From a virus: DNA of 64,000 nucleotides. The notes under the pieces are model-generated. The model saw nothing but the letters and a program-made list of their open reading frames with translations, had not been told where the DNA came from and searched no databases. Shown one piece after another: positions 44,457-55,128 of this stretch; position 1 is the first letter of the stretch, and every line of letters starts with the position of its first letter. The translations under genes were made by a program, and so were the position numbers. The stretch covers positions 103,476 to 167,475 of the IMG/VR virus record IMGVR_UViG_3300032093_000012; one strand, written 5' to 3'.

Positions 44457-47024
44457 TTAGAACTTGCCAACGACTTCAGAGAAGGCAACACCAGTTCTAA
44501 CAGCAACGAAGTTCAACTGAATGAAATTGATTGAGCGAGCTGGCTTAATGTAGATATCACCGACAAACTCGTTACGATCAATTACTTCAGGTGTATTGTT
44601 TGTTTGATCACAAACAACTAAGAAGTCTGTGATACCACGACGGCCTTTAACATCTCTCAAATACGGTACTACTAAGTTCTTAAACTGAGCTCTTGTAAAT
44701 TCATCGTTGAATTCGAAGAGAGTAAACTTAGCAGCTGTAGCAATAGCTTTTTCAAGAACAATGAACAATCTACGAACATTAATTCTATCAAATGCTGATG
44801 GCTTGTTAAGAGCAGTCTTATCGCCGAAGAGTACAATACCCTGACCAGGGAATGCAACTACAGGATTTACACCAGCTTTATAGAGTTGGTCTCTTTCTGC
44901 TTTGTTAGGATTATAAGCTAGCTTAACAATATTCTTGATGTTACCACGGTTGAAACCAGCTGGTGACCACCAAGGATCATTTGTATTGTCTGTACGAACA
45001 CAGAGGCCAGCAATATCACCGTTTAGAGGTACCCAACGATAAACATCATTGTACTTGTCGTACATGTACTTATAACCAGAATCAACAACTGCATAAGAAG
45101 TACTTCTTATATTGTTCTTGAAGTCTAAGATTGCATTCATTTCATCGCCAACATTGTTGACAACATCTGCCTTTAGTGGTGAAACAAATGCTACGCAGTC
45201 TTTTCTTACTTCGCAAATATTATCGATAATATAGTTAGCAAGATCTGCACTCGATTTACCCTTACCCTGAAGGATAAGTGATACATCAACGTCTTCAGCT
45301 GAGGCAAACTTATCATAACCAGAAGCTATGACTGCAAGAGTAGCATTAAGTTCGCCGTAACCGTCTTGACCACCATTGAATTGAAGATTCAATGGATTAT
45401 CATTTGTTGAACTTACGATGTTTATAGCATTATTATGAACAGCACCAATTCTATCGTTTGCAAACCAAATATACTTTGACTGTTCATTAACTATTGTCTT
45501 ATAATATAGAGCTCCACCATCAGCGGTCTTAGCATCGTCTACTCTTGAAACGCCTTTGTATGTTTCCAATATTGTTCCACTAACACCTGTAAATCTTCCA
45601 TTTTCATCAACTATTACAATGTGCATTTCGTCGTTTGCAGAAGTATTACCAAATTCTGTAACATATTCTGACTGTCCAGGAGCTCTATCAAATGTGTTAT
45701 AGAATTCCCAATAACGAGTAATGCTATTAGATGTATATGCAGACTTAAGTCTGTAGTTATCTTCTGTAGTTACTGCAATTGTTAGAGTTGTATTTGAAGC
45801 AGTAACGTTACTTCCTACTGAAGTAACCTTCATAAACTGTTCGCCGATTGATGCGTTACCAACTTTAATCAAATCACCAGCAATAATTGAAGATGAGAGT
45901 GATAGGATAGCAGTCTGAGCAGCGCTCCATGCTACAAAAGTGTGGCTTTCTGAGTTTGCTTTTGCTGTTGGAACGATTAATCTTTCAACTGCAGTTAAGC
46001 TGTGACCACTTTCTGTTGCACCCTTTGTTATATTAACATTGGCGCCGCCATATGTTGCTGCAAGAGTAACTGTTGTTGTGTTGGCAGTTGCAATCCAATA
46101 GTATGAACCATTAGATAGACCGCTGACAGCAGTATTACCAGCTGCAACTAAGTATTGTACTTTATCACCAACAGCATACTTTGTATTTGCAGAAGCAATT
46201 GCAATGGTTTCATCTGCATCAGTAACATCTGAGTTAGCATTGAATGAAACAGCATTTGCGAAATAACTTGTGTTACCAAGCTGAAGACCTGAGCTATTTG
46301 AAGAAATAACTAGATAAAGAGAATTGTTTGTTAAGCCTGTTGGAGCAGTGTTTCCAGCTGCTGTAAGGTACTTAACATAAGTTCCGTTACCAATTGGGTT
46401 TGTAGCAATACTAATGAAACCGTTTGAACCGATATCAGTGTTTGTATTAAATGCTACGCTGTTAGCACCAACAGAAATTGATAATCCTGATGAGTTTGCG
46501 GTAAATGTACCGCTATAATCATTTTCAACATTTGATAGTTGAACTGTTGATTGATAAGCATTAGCTGTATCGCAGACTGAAATTCTTAGTGAGTTACCAA
46601 GATGACCAGGATATCTGGCTACATATAATACATCGGCATCAAAAGAACCATCCATTTCTTCATAGTGTTCTTCGTTCTTAACAACCTGAGCTAAAGCGTT
46701 TGCAACAGTTCCAACATTAGCAAATGCTGTAAGAGTTCCTATGTTTGCTGTATCAGTGGTTGTATTAGCAACACGAACAACATAAAGCTTGTTTCCATAT
46801 GAAAGAAAGCTTGCAGCTGTAAAGAATGTTTCTTCAGCGAAGTTCTTATGTGGCTTACCAAAGCGTGATACTAGAGCATTTTCTGAATCAATCAATACTC
46901 TCTTGTCTAGAGGACCCCATCTGAAGATACCTGCAATAGCACCTTCAGTCGTTGATACTGCAGGCACTACCGTTGTTAGGTCAATTTCAGAAACGTTTAC
47001 ACCTGGACTAACTTGAAATGGCAT
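44457..47024 (-). CDS. g18: tail sheath gp18 with internal insertion
   Basis: SPGV, WWSPAG, FDRINVRRLF; late promoter TATAAATA at 47071-47078. Confidence 0.97.
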   Translation of the reverse strand: MPFQVSPGVNVSEIDLTTVVPAVSTTEGAIAGIFRWGPLDKRVLIDSENALVSRFGKPHKNFAEETFFTAASFLSYGNKLYVVRVANTTTDTANIGTLTAFANVGTVANALAQVVKNEEHYEEMDGSFDADVLYVARYPGHLGNSLRISVCDTANAYQSTVQLSNVENDYSGTFTANSSGLSISVGANSVAFNTNTDIGSNGFISIATNPIGNGTYVKYLTAAGNTAPTGLTNNSLYLVISSNSSGLQLGNTSYFANAVSFNANSDVTDADETIAIASANTKYAVGDKVQYLVAAGNTAVSGLSNGSYYWIATANTTTVTLAATYGGANVNITKGATESGHSLTAVERLIVPTAKANSESHTFVAWSAAQTAILSLSSSIIAGDLIKVGNASIGEQFMKVTSVGSNVTASNTTLTIAVTTEDNYRLKSAYTSNSITRYWEFYNTFDRAPGQSEYVTEFGNTSANDEMHIVIVDENGRFTGVSGTILETYKGVSRVDDAKTADGGALYYKTIVNEQSKYIWFANDRIGAVHNNAINIVSSTNDNPLNLQFNGGQDGYGELNATLAVIASGYDKFASAEDVDVSLILQGKGKSSADLANYIIDNICEVRKDCVAFVSPLKADVVNNVGDEMNAILDFKNNIRSTSYAVVDSGYKYMYDKYNDVYRWVPLNGDIAGLCVRTDNTNDPWWSPAGFNRGNIKNIVKLAYNPNKAERDQLYKAGVNPVVAFPGQGIVLFGDKTALNKPSAFDRINVRRLFIVLEKAIATAAKFTLFEFNDEFTRAQFKNLVVPYLRDVKGRRGITDFLVVCDQTNNTPEVIDRNEFVGDIYIKPARSINFIQLNFVAVRTGVAFSEVVGKF

Positions 47025-47090
47025 TTTTTTCTCCTTCCATGCATGGAAATATTATTATTAACGTTTAATTTATTTATAATAAGAGATATT

Positions 47091-48731
47091 TCATGTTAAT
47101 TTCTCATTAGCCCACATCCAGTTTTCAGATTTAGGTAGATCTAAATCTGGTTCATCATCACCTTCAGAAAAAAATCCAAATGGTGTTAGTTCACTGGCTA
47201 TTTGATCGTCATCTTTATCTCTAATTTTAGTCAAAGTATTAATATCTGTCATCTCTCTGAAGTAATGTTGATCAGAGAGCCAAGCAAAAAGGACCAAGCC
47301 CATAACCAAATCGTCATGATTGCCGGATTCTGCTTCGTATGACTTTCCTTTCCTTGAAAATACAGAAAGTTCATGAATAGTTTCATGATCATTAATAATC
47401 AATTGGTTTTGTTCTATAAGTAGTTTCATTATAGAACAACCTACAGATTTGACTGTCTTAGTTGTTCTAATACCTTTATCGGCGCTCGAGCCGCTAAACC
47501 CAGAAGAGATTCTCTTTCCAGCTCTACCATCATTTTCAGATGATAAAAGAGTATCCATATCATATTCATAATATAACATGTCTGCTACTTGTCCGCCAAT
47601 ATCATTAATTTCGACAAGTACAGAAGCATTATTGTAAGATTTGCTAATCCTATGAATTATAGAGCAATAATCAGTAGGAGTAATCATATTATCTCTAAAA
47701 GTACAAACTTGTTCATATGGCATTTTAGATACGTCTATGACTTGAAATGCCGAATAGTCCAATCCTTTTCCACGTGAAACGTCGACAACCATAACATATG
47801 AATGTCCTTGCTTAGGCTCTGCATATTGTTTGACACCGTTTTTATCAAAAAGTAGTGTCTTAGCTACAAGTTCTTTTAATTTCCAACCAGCAATTAGAGT
47901 ACCAGAACTACCAAGAAACTCTACACAATATTCCTGTTCGAACTTCTCTGTATCGAAGCTCATGGCAGCTATTGTATCTGTCTTCCATGTTTCATCTCTA
48001 CCGGGAACATCATACCACATAACCTTGATAGGTTTATATTGGTTCTTTTCCTGTTCGGCTTCTACCCATATTTTATGAAAATGATTTAATCCATTTGGAG
48101 TAGAAACTAGTACGATCTTAGAATCACTACCAGATGAAATAGTAGGATAAACTGATGTAAAGAACTCATCCCATGTATCGATAAATGCTGCTTCGTCTAT
48201 GAATAGAAGGTTAATAGAGTAACCACGAATGGCATCTGATGATGTAGCAGCTGCTATGACTCTTGAATTGTTTTCAAGGACGAATGAACCCTTATTCCAT
48301 TCAATGATACCCTGTTGTAACCACTTTGGAAGATGCTGATAAGCAAGTTGAATACGTCCAAGAATTTCTCTTGCCGTGTCACCCTTGTTAGCAAGAAGAG
48401 CTACAGTCTTATCTGCATGGAATATAATATACCATAAAATGAAACCACATGTCGTAGTTGACTTACCAGCCTGACGAGCAGTAGCAATGACCGTATATCT
48501 ATTTTCGGCCATTGATTTTACCATTTCTTTCTGGTAATCATAAAGTTTAAAATTAATTAAACCTTCATTGATGCTAATGATCTTCATATACTTTTCAATA
48601 AAATATACAGGATCTTTGGCGCATCTAACATATTCTTGTACAAGTTCCGGAGTCCATTGTATCTCGACAGAACGTCTTTTAAGATTTACGTTACCCTTAT
48701 AACCACCTTCAATTAAGACTTCTTCAGTCAT
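47091..48731 (-). CDS. g17: terminase large subunit gp17
   Basis: RQAGKST, IDEAAF, STPNG, DVSRG, HDDLVM. Confidence 0.97.
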   Translation of the reverse strand: MTEEVLIEGGYKGNVNLKRRSVEIQWTPELVQEYVRCAKDPVYFIEKYMKIISINEGLINFKLYDYQKEMVKSMAENRYTVIATARQAGKSTTTCGFILWYIIFHADKTVALLANKGDTAREILGRIQLAYQHLPKWLQQGIIEWNKGSFVLENNSRVIAAATSSDAIRGYSINLLFIDEAAFIDTWDEFFTSVYPTISSGSDSKIVLVSTPNGLNHFHKIWVEAEQEKNQYKPIKVMWYDVPGRDETWKTDTIAAMSFDTEKFEQEYCVEFLGSSGTLIAGWKLKELVAKTLLFDKNGVKQYAEPKQGHSYVMVVDVSRGKGLDYSAFQVIDVSKMPYEQVCTFRDNMITPTDYCSIIHRISKSYNNASVLVEINDIGGQVADMLYYEYDMDTLLSSENDGRAGKRISSGFSGSSADKGIRTTKTVKSVGCSIMKLLIEQNQLIINDHETIHELSVFSRKGKSYEAESGNHDDLVMGLVLFAWLSDQHYFREMTDINTLTKIRDKDDDQIASELTPFGFFSEGDDEPDLDLPKSENWMWANEKLT

Positions 48732-49131
48732 TCTTTTTCATGTCCTGAATTACTTTTTGAAGTTCTGCAGTTGATCCAACAAACAAATTGTTATTATGCA
48801 CAGTGGTATTATTAGTTGGTTTTTCGATATCTTCAATCTCTCTTATAGTTTTCTGTATACCTAAGAGATCTTTGTTTGCATCGAGTAAGTTCTTCATTAA
48901 GATAGCTACAACTTCATAAGCACGTGCGGACTGTGATTGATCTGCAAGTTGCATGAGTTTATCAAGAGCGTCAGAGCCAGTTTCAATGATATTGTGTATA
49001 TTAGCGCGTGCTACTGTAAAGTCATCTTTCGCTGTATCATCATTGGCTGTTTTTTCAATGTATTTTACCATACTACTTATGGGGCTAACACCTAAAGCAT
49101 TAGCTATTGGATCATTATTAGCTGTTGACAT
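48724..49131 (-). CDS. g16: terminase small subunit gp16
   Basis: ARAYEV, NNLFVGSTAELQK. Confidence 0.92.
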   Translation of the reverse strand: MSTANNDPIANALGVSPISSMVKYIEKTANDDTAKDDFTVARANIHNIIETGSDALDKLMQLADQSQSARAYEVVAILMKNLLDANKDLLGIQKTIREIEDIEKPTNNTTVHNNNLFVGSTAELQKVIQDMKKND

Positions 49132-49138
49132 TTTTTAC

Positions 49139-49978
49139 TCACTCTGTTATAATAGTATCTATGCTGATGCAATAACCAAAATCATCATCTGCTTCAATAA
49201 CTGACAATGCTACAGATTCTGCTACATTTGATGTAGGAGTTCCATTCGCAGTTAAGCCGGGTCTAACTGTTACTCTTTCAGATACATCAGTATTACCTAC
49301 TGCACTTGCCAATTCTCCATCTGCAACCGGTGGAATATAGAAATTAGTATTTGCAAACTTGATTATACCAGACTTCTTAACTGGACCATAGATATACCCT
49401 TTTAATGTAAAGTCAAGTGTCCATATTAGAGCTCTTCTCTGATCAAAATCACCCTCATACGTATCTTCTATATTTACAGATTCTAGTACAACAGGAATAT
49501 CCATGTTGATTCCCATTTCCGGAATCAACTGAACTGTAGTAGTCCAATCTGGTGTGAAGAATGGAAGTATTTGTTCTACAATCTTAGTACCATCTTCTGC
49601 ATTTTTAACGTATATATAAAGTCTAAATGATATATTATATGGAACAGGATTATATTGATATTTTAATCTACTTGTAGAATCTGCATCTTTTACAACTCTT
49701 CTTCCAGTAGTTCCTAATTTTCTACTAGAATCATATCTCATATCGGTCATTTCAAATGACATACGAGGCAATACTATTGCAGTTTGTCTATCTATATTCG
49801 GATCAGCATCTACTCTGGCTAAAACTTTTTCTTTTGGTGCATATGCTAATGGAACTTTCAATAAAGCTACAGTCGTGTTACTAGCATCAGTTCTAGTAAT
49901 ATGGATATCATTAAACAATGTTCCAAATAAAGTTACGTATTTTCGTATTGTGCTAAAATAAAATGTATGTCCAAACAT
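49139..49978 (-). CDS. g15: tail sheath stabilizer gp15
   Basis: FGTLFND, LPRMSFE, EQILPFF. Confidence 0.94.
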   Translation of the reverse strand: MFGHTFYFSTIRKYVTLFGTLFNDIHITRTDASNTTVALLKVPLAYAPKEKVLARVDADPNIDRQTAIVLPRMSFEMTDMRYDSSRKLGTTGRRVVKDADSTSRLKYQYNPVPYNISFRLYIYVKNAEDGTKIVEQILPFFTPDWTTTVQLIPEMGINMDIPVVLESVNIEDTYEGDFDQRRALIWTLDFTLKGYIYGPVKKSGIIKFANTNFYIPPVADGELASAVGNTDVSERVTVRPGLTANGTPTSNVAESVALSVIEADDDFGYCISIDTIITE

Positions 49979-50703
49979 TAATATGTTCCGTTCTCAGAGA
50001 ATGGATCTTTTTCAGTGAAATCTAAGAAATCATCTGTTTCATCTTGGATGAATTTATTATCTGATAGATCATCTATCTCTTCTATAGTGAAGTTTTCTAG
50101 AACAATATAATCACTATCTTCTGTCATTATTCTTTCTTCGCTTTCATTCAAGAGCGCCCAGTCGAACGCATTCAATGAAAAGTTCTTTTGTATAGAATCT
50201 ATTTCAGCTATACCAGTATTAAATTTTTCACTAGAATAATCAAAGAGTTCACATGTAAGTTCCCACGTTTGTAAAGCTCCAAGCTGATAAAACATTTCGA
50301 ATTTATTTACAAACATGATTTTAAATAGTTTATTATTTAATGGGAAATATATTAAATCACCTTCGTTTGGTCTAATTAGTGCACTATCCATACCAACTTC
50401 TTCATAAAATACTCTCTGTGCAATAGAGAATACTACTTGATCTCTAATTTCAAGACCAAACTTAGACATAAAGTTGCCATCACCACTGAAGCCATCAATA
50501 GATTTTATGTATAGTTCTACAGGATATGCTCTATTATATTCAGAAATATCATCTGCACCGTAGATTTCATCTTTATTTTTAATAACTCTCGGCACATAAT
50601 ACATATCTTGACCATAAATTTTTATGGTCTCAATGATTAAATTTTCAATGAGAAGTTGTTCTTGACTGTTATGAAAATTATTAAAATAAAAATTTGTAGC
50701 CAT
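49978..50703 (-). CDS. g14: neck protein gp14
   Basis: SKFGL, RPNEGDLIY, NPF-like C-terminus. Confidence 0.94.
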   Translation of the reverse strand: MATNFYFNNFHNSQEQLLIENLIIETIKIYGQDMYYVPRVIKNKDEIYGADDISEYNRAYPVELYIKSIDGFSGDGNFMSKFGLEIRDQVVFSIAQRVFYEEVGMDSALIRPNEGDLIYFPLNNKLFKIMFVNKFEMFYQLGALQTWELTCELFDYSSEKFNTGIAEIDSIQKNFSLNAFDWALLNESEERIMTEDSDYIVLENFTIEEIDDLSDNKFIQDETDDFLDFTEKDPFSENGTY

Positions 50704-51443
50704 TAGCCTATCATATCTGTTACTGGCAGACTATAGCTGCTGATCATTTCTTTTTCTAATTCTTTTATTTCTTCATCGGCTTCATCATAGATCTTTTGAC
50801 CATTGAACTTAATACCTCCAGGCAAAGTCATGCCTTCAAACTTCTTCATATTTGTTCCCCACTGCTTCTTAATAAGAGCAGTCGTATATTGCGCAAGCCA
50901 ACGATCACCCCATGCATCGGTATATGTATCCGGATCAATTACTTCATATGCTTCTACTATAAGATAATGATTATCTTCAAGTTTATTCCAATCCATATCG
51001 ATATGTAATTTATCAGTATGTCTATTATATCTGATAGGCTGTTTACCCACTAATAAATATTCTAACATCTGGATGTGTTGAAGAGCCATATAGTATGGTA
51101 CCATTGAAACTGATGTTAGTGTGTAGAGATCATTAAGAGCTATCTGATATCTAATATTAAACATATTATTGGTATTTAAAGCATCACCAATATCAAATAT
51201 ATTAATTGCACCAATAATATTTTCAGGTAAAGTTATATACTTATTTACTTTATCTTGAGCCGTTACTTGGTGTTTATAATAGATCTTTTCAGAGCCGTCA
51301 AAGTGATAGTCCCAGTAATATCTTAAAGCTTGGTCTATACGGTCTTCAACTTGGTCATCATCAACATTGATTTCCAATACAGGCTTGCCAAGTGTACGGA
51401 GACAATATTCTTTGAATTGTGATCTTGATGCTGGTACTGCCAT
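50703..51443 (-). CDS. g13: neck protein gp13
   Basis: LG.PV.EINV, LIK.QWG.N..KF.G..LPGG. Confidence 0.94.
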   Translation of the reverse strand: MAVPASRSQFKEYCLRTLGKPVLEINVDDDQVEDRIDQALRYYWDYHFDGSEKIYYKHQVTAQDKVNKYITLPENIIGAINIFDIGDALNTNNMFNIRYQIALNDLYTLTSVSMVPYYMALQHIQMLEYLLVGKQPIRYNRHTDKLHIDMDWNKLEDNHYLIVEAYEVIDPDTYTDAWGDRWLAQYTTALIKKQWGTNMKKFEGMTLPGGIKFNGQKIYDEADEEIKELEKEMISSYSLPVTDMIG

Positions 51444-51468
51444 TTTTAACTCCGGTATGCCTTTTAAG

Positions 51469-51480
51469 TATTTATAAATA
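51469..51480. promoter_or_regulatory. bidirectional T4-type late promoter
   Basis: palindrome TATTTATAAATA gives TATAAATA on both strands between divergent genes. Confidence 0.8.
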
Positions 51481-51512
51481 AGACAGAGTAATAATTATAT
51501 TATGGAGAAAAC

Positions 51513-52214
51513 ATGAAAATACTCAATTATATCAAGAATGAATTCCCCAAGATCAATAATAAGAACTTTAATAAGTTTCTTACCCCAGAATGGGTAGATG
51601 AAAACTTTATGTTTGATCTAAAAGCTGAAGATTACCAAACATTACAAGAATTTTGTGATGCTATGCATGTGAAGTATATTTCTAGATACTTTTCTGGAGT
51701 CTGGAAATCTAAGCATGGATACCCAGAGTCAGGTAGGTATCTCATAAAGTTTGCTAATATGCAGAAACCAAAGTCTGTTTTGGATGTTGGTTGTGGTGAT
51801 AACTATTACAAAGATAAAGTTCAAAATCTAGTAGGTTTGGACCCATATCATCCTAAAGCAGATATTAAGAAGACTCTTGAAGAGTTTGAACCAAAGAAGC
51901 AATATGATCAAGTATTGGCACTTGGTAGCTTAAACTTTGGAACTGATAAAAAACACATCGATACTATGTTTGCTAAAGTTGTAAACATGACTAAGATTGA
52001 TGGTTATCTTTATTTTAGATTTAATCCCGGTATTGATCATAAACCTTTTACTAAAGATAAGACTAGCTTTAAGTTTATTGATTGGTTCCCATGGACTCAA
52101 GAACACATTTTCATGTTAATGAAAGAACATAATCTTAAGATGATTAGATTTGCTATTGAAACAAATCAACAGGGTGATGAAAGATACTTCTATATAATGA
52201 AGAGGTTAGGATGA
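51513..52214 (+). CDS. class I SAM-dependent methyltransferase
   Basis: VLDVGCG, GSLNFG. Confidence 0.8.
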   Translation: MKILNYIKNEFPKINNKNFNKFLTPEWVDENFMFDLKAEDYQTLQEFCDAMHVKYISRYFSGVWKSKHGYPESGRYLIKFANMQKPKSVLDVGCGDNYYKDKVQNLVGLDPYHPKADIKKTLEEFEPKKQYDQVLALGSLNFGTDKKHIDTMFAKVVNMTKIDGYLYFRFNPGIDHKPFTKDKTSFKFIDWFPWTQEHIFMLMKEHNLKMIRFAIETNQQGDERYFYIMKRLG

Positions 52215-53020
52215 TAAGTTATACAAATTCACCATATGATCAGTGGACATCTTTAAAAACTAAAGAACCAGTAACATATCATGGTTTCAATGGTCTATAT
52301 GAATTCTGTAAAGCAACAAGTCTATATAATTTTAATAAAAAAGTTGGAGATGATGTAGGTAATATACCAAATTATATTCCAATATGTAAGTTTGAAGGTG
52401 ACTGGCAAGAAGACGTAAAGAAAATGATGTCTCAATCTGAACCAGCTACATTTGACTATAGATCAAACCCACGTTTCGATAACAATAATAACTTAGAATA
52501 TAATGATTTCAAAAAGTGGGGTTATAAAGTAGATGGTGATGATGATTCATATGCTGTCTTAAATAGAATAAGACATGCAGATTTGCCAGACAGCATGACA
52601 AAGATAGCAGAATTGTTTCAATTTGATCATCCTGCTGGAAAAAAGAGTAAAAAACCAAATATAAAGTTTGATGTGCAGATGCCTGGACAAATGTTTTATT
52701 GGCACTTAGATAATTTTGGTGGAATATTAAAAGAACAGAGAGAAGACTATAATACTTTTGCTTCGTGTGATCATGATCAAAGGCTAATCATGAGAGTTAT
52801 AGTATTTTTAGATGATCAAAAAGAAGGTCAAGTTTGGAAACAAGGCAATGAATATATTCACTGGTCAAAAGGTGATTGCATTACTTGGCCTTGGAGAGAT
52901 GTGCCACATGGTACTTGTAACTTTGGTCATGAACCAAGACCTACTTTGAATATTACTGGCGCAGTGACAGAGAAAACATATGAATTTATGAAGTCATGTC
53001 CAAGAGTAATTAGTATATGA
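52211..53020 (+). CDS. cupin/2OG-Fe(II)-like oxygenase
   Basis: WHLD...PHGTCN.G..PR. Confidence 0.65.
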   Translation: MISYTNSPYDQWTSLKTKEPVTYHGFNGLYEFCKATSLYNFNKKVGDDVGNIPNYIPICKFEGDWQEDVKKMMSQSEPATFDYRSNPRFDNNNNLEYNDFKKWGYKVDGDDDSYAVLNRIRHADLPDSMTKIAELFQFDHPAGKKSKKPNIKFDVQMPGQMFYWHLDNFGGILKEQREDYNTFASCDHDQRLIMRVIVFLDDQKEGQVWKQGNEYIHWSKGDCITWPWRDVPHGTCNFGHEPRPTLNITGAVTEKTYEFMKSCPRVISI

Positions 53021-53625
53021 ATGAATTAAACGAATCAATAAAAAAAGTGTTTGATCGTTCCGATCCTAAATTTAGAAAGTTTCATTACAATAAATTCGAA
53101 AAATGTGGTGATGAAACAATACAACTTATTAATCGTATGATTCCAGATTTAGTTTTAGATTTAGGTTGTGGTGACAATCAATATAAAGAACATATAATAA
53201 ATTTAATTGGTATTGATATAACAAATGACCGAGCAGATATTATAACTGATATATCTTCTCTGCCATATGAAGATAATTCAGTCGATGCTTGTTTATGTTA
53301 TGGAAGTATAAATTTTGGTGATGATAATTTAATACATACACAACTTACAGAAATGAATAGAGTATTAAAGAATGGTGGAATATCAGTTTTTAGAGGTAAT
53401 ATTCATAAGAGTGACATGATACCATATTATATTTGGACTGAAGAAAAGATAAAATATTGGACTAATTATTTTAATTTTACATTACAAGTAGAACCTACTA
53501 TAATTCGTAGATTAAAAAGAGATGGCAAAGGTATTAATGATAAATGGAGAGATAGAGCATCAGAACAGGCTGGTGTTTCTCCAAGACCTATTGAAAGATT
53601 ATATTGGATATGGAGAAAACAATGA
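53017..53625 (+). CDS. class I SAM-dependent methyltransferase
   Basis: VLDLGCG, GSINFG, RVLK.GG; paralog of 51513. Confidence 0.8.
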   Translation: MNELNESIKKVFDRSDPKFRKFHYNKFEKCGDETIQLINRMIPDLVLDLGCGDNQYKEHIINLIGIDITNDRADIITDISSLPYEDNSVDACLCYGSINFGDDNLIHTQLTEMNRVLKNGGISVFRGNIHKSDMIPYYIWTEEKIKYWTNYFNFTLQVEPTIIRRLKRDGKGINDKWRDRASEQAGVSPRPIERLYWIWRKQ

Positions 53626-54479
53626 CTGATGGCCATGATCTTATATTTGCTGCTGGAGCTCCTGGTAGCAAATGGAGTAGAGTATTAAGTATACTTGCTC
53701 ATCACAAAGATATTAATTCCTCAGATAAAGAAAAGTTTCCAACCTATCAAACAAAAGTAAGTTTTCATGGTCATGAAAAAAATGTTGGAATGCATTCATC
53801 AGCATACTTTGGACCTGAACATGGTATAGGTGAATTTTTTGATGATTTGACTAATCATACAAAAGAAGAGTTTTTAGAAGAAATTAAGAAAGCTTTTAAT
53901 GATTTTGATCATGGTTATAAAATAATAAAATCACACTGGTTTTCATATAATTTAGATTGGTTAAAAGAAAACTTTCCTAAAGCTAAAATTATAATGGTTT
54001 ATAATGGAGACAATGAAGCTTTTAAATGGTGGCATCTTGTAGGTGGTTGGAATATTAAATTTCCATATTATGGCTGGTATGGCACTGATGAAAAATTGTA
54101 TGAACATATAAAGATAGAGAACAGATTAATATTTGAATTTATGAGAAAGAATAAGCTAAGCTTTAGCATGAAAGACTTTAAACAATTAGTTGATTCACTT
54201 GGCTTAGAAGATGACTTACAATTTTATGATACCATGTTTGAAGAAGATGCTGAATATTTTATAGGCAGAAAAGGATTTAAAAAATATGGCATAGGAACTA
54301 CTATAGCTGTATATAATCCAGATGTGCAAACTAATAGTAATTTAGATGATTTATTACCAAGCATAAATACTAAGATTGCAGATAAACACAATGAATGGCG
54401 TATAGACGAAGTCTTGATAGATCTCTATGGTAAAGATTGGTTAGACAGAATACACGCTATTATAGAAGGAGAGAAATAA
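53622..54479 (+). CDS. sulfotransferase-like P-loop protein (GAPGSxW family)
   Basis: GAPGSKW, HxxAYFG, IKSH, WW..GG..I. Confidence 0.6.
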   Translation: MTDGHDLIFAAGAPGSKWSRVLSILAHHKDINSSDKEKFPTYQTKVSFHGHEKNVGMHSSAYFGPEHGIGEFFDDLTNHTKEEFLEEIKKAFNDFDHGYKIIKSHWFSYNLDWLKENFPKAKIIMVYNGDNEAFKWWHLVGGWNIKFPYYGWYGTDEKLYEHIKIENRLIFEFMRKNKLSFSMKDFKQLVDSLGLEDDLQFYDTMFEEDAEYFIGRKGFKKYGIGTTIAVYNPDVQTNSNLDDLLPSINTKIADKHNEWRIDEVLIDLYGKDWLDRIHAIIEGEK

Positions 54480-55103
54480 ATGAGAATTAATGCTTTTGTG
54501 TCATTTGATCCCTTGTTTTCAGAGATCAACACAATATTAGAACATCCTTCTACGGCTGATATTGTAGAAGATAAGAATGGTGAACTTTTTGAATTCCCGT
54601 ATCAGAATATAAATGTTATTTCCGGAAGAACATATAGGTCCAGTATAGAGACCGGTGCTCTACCAACTATGGTAGAAAATATGTTTGATACTACTGGAAA
54701 AAATGAAGCAAATTTTGGTATTAGAATAATGAATGGTCTTGCACCAACATCAAGACTAATTTCGGCTTTTAAAGATAATCTTCCATCTGGTTCTAGACTC
54801 TTTTTTATTAAGAAACAAGATCTAAGTGGTGTTGTTGAATATTATCAGAATCTTTATGATACACTAACAGCATCTACTGCTCGCCCAGATCAAATGAGAA
54901 GAAAAGTATTATTTTGTTTGCCGGCTGAAAGTGTAACACATCAACAAATTTCTGATGCAATTTATGAAACTGTCAATTATGTTGATGCTTATTTTTCAAC
55001 ATTAAATGCATCTTCTTTTGCACCATTTACACAATCGCAGTTTGTTTCTGGAGGTTCAGAAATAGATACTGGTTTACTTTATAGAGCAAATGTGATAGTT
55101 TAA
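54480..55103 (+). CDS. hypothetical protein
   Basis: ORF with AGGAG RBS. Confidence 0.65.
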   Translation: MRINAFVSFDPLFSEINTILEHPSTADIVEDKNGELFEFPYQNINVISGRTYRSSIETGALPTMVENMFDTTGKNEANFGIRIMNGLAPTSRLISAFKDNLPSGSRLFFIKKQDLSGVVEYYQNLYDTLTASTARPDQMRRKVLFCLPAESVTHQQISDAIYETVNYVDAYFSTLNASSFAPFTQSQFVSGGSEIDTGLLYRANVIV

Positions 55104-55128
55104 CAAATTAAACTGTGAATTATATATT

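Noticed and set aside
31044-51443. introns, inteins or homing endonucleases in core genes
   Set aside because: The ORFs are continuous and of expected size; the g18 extension is a duplicated structural domain.
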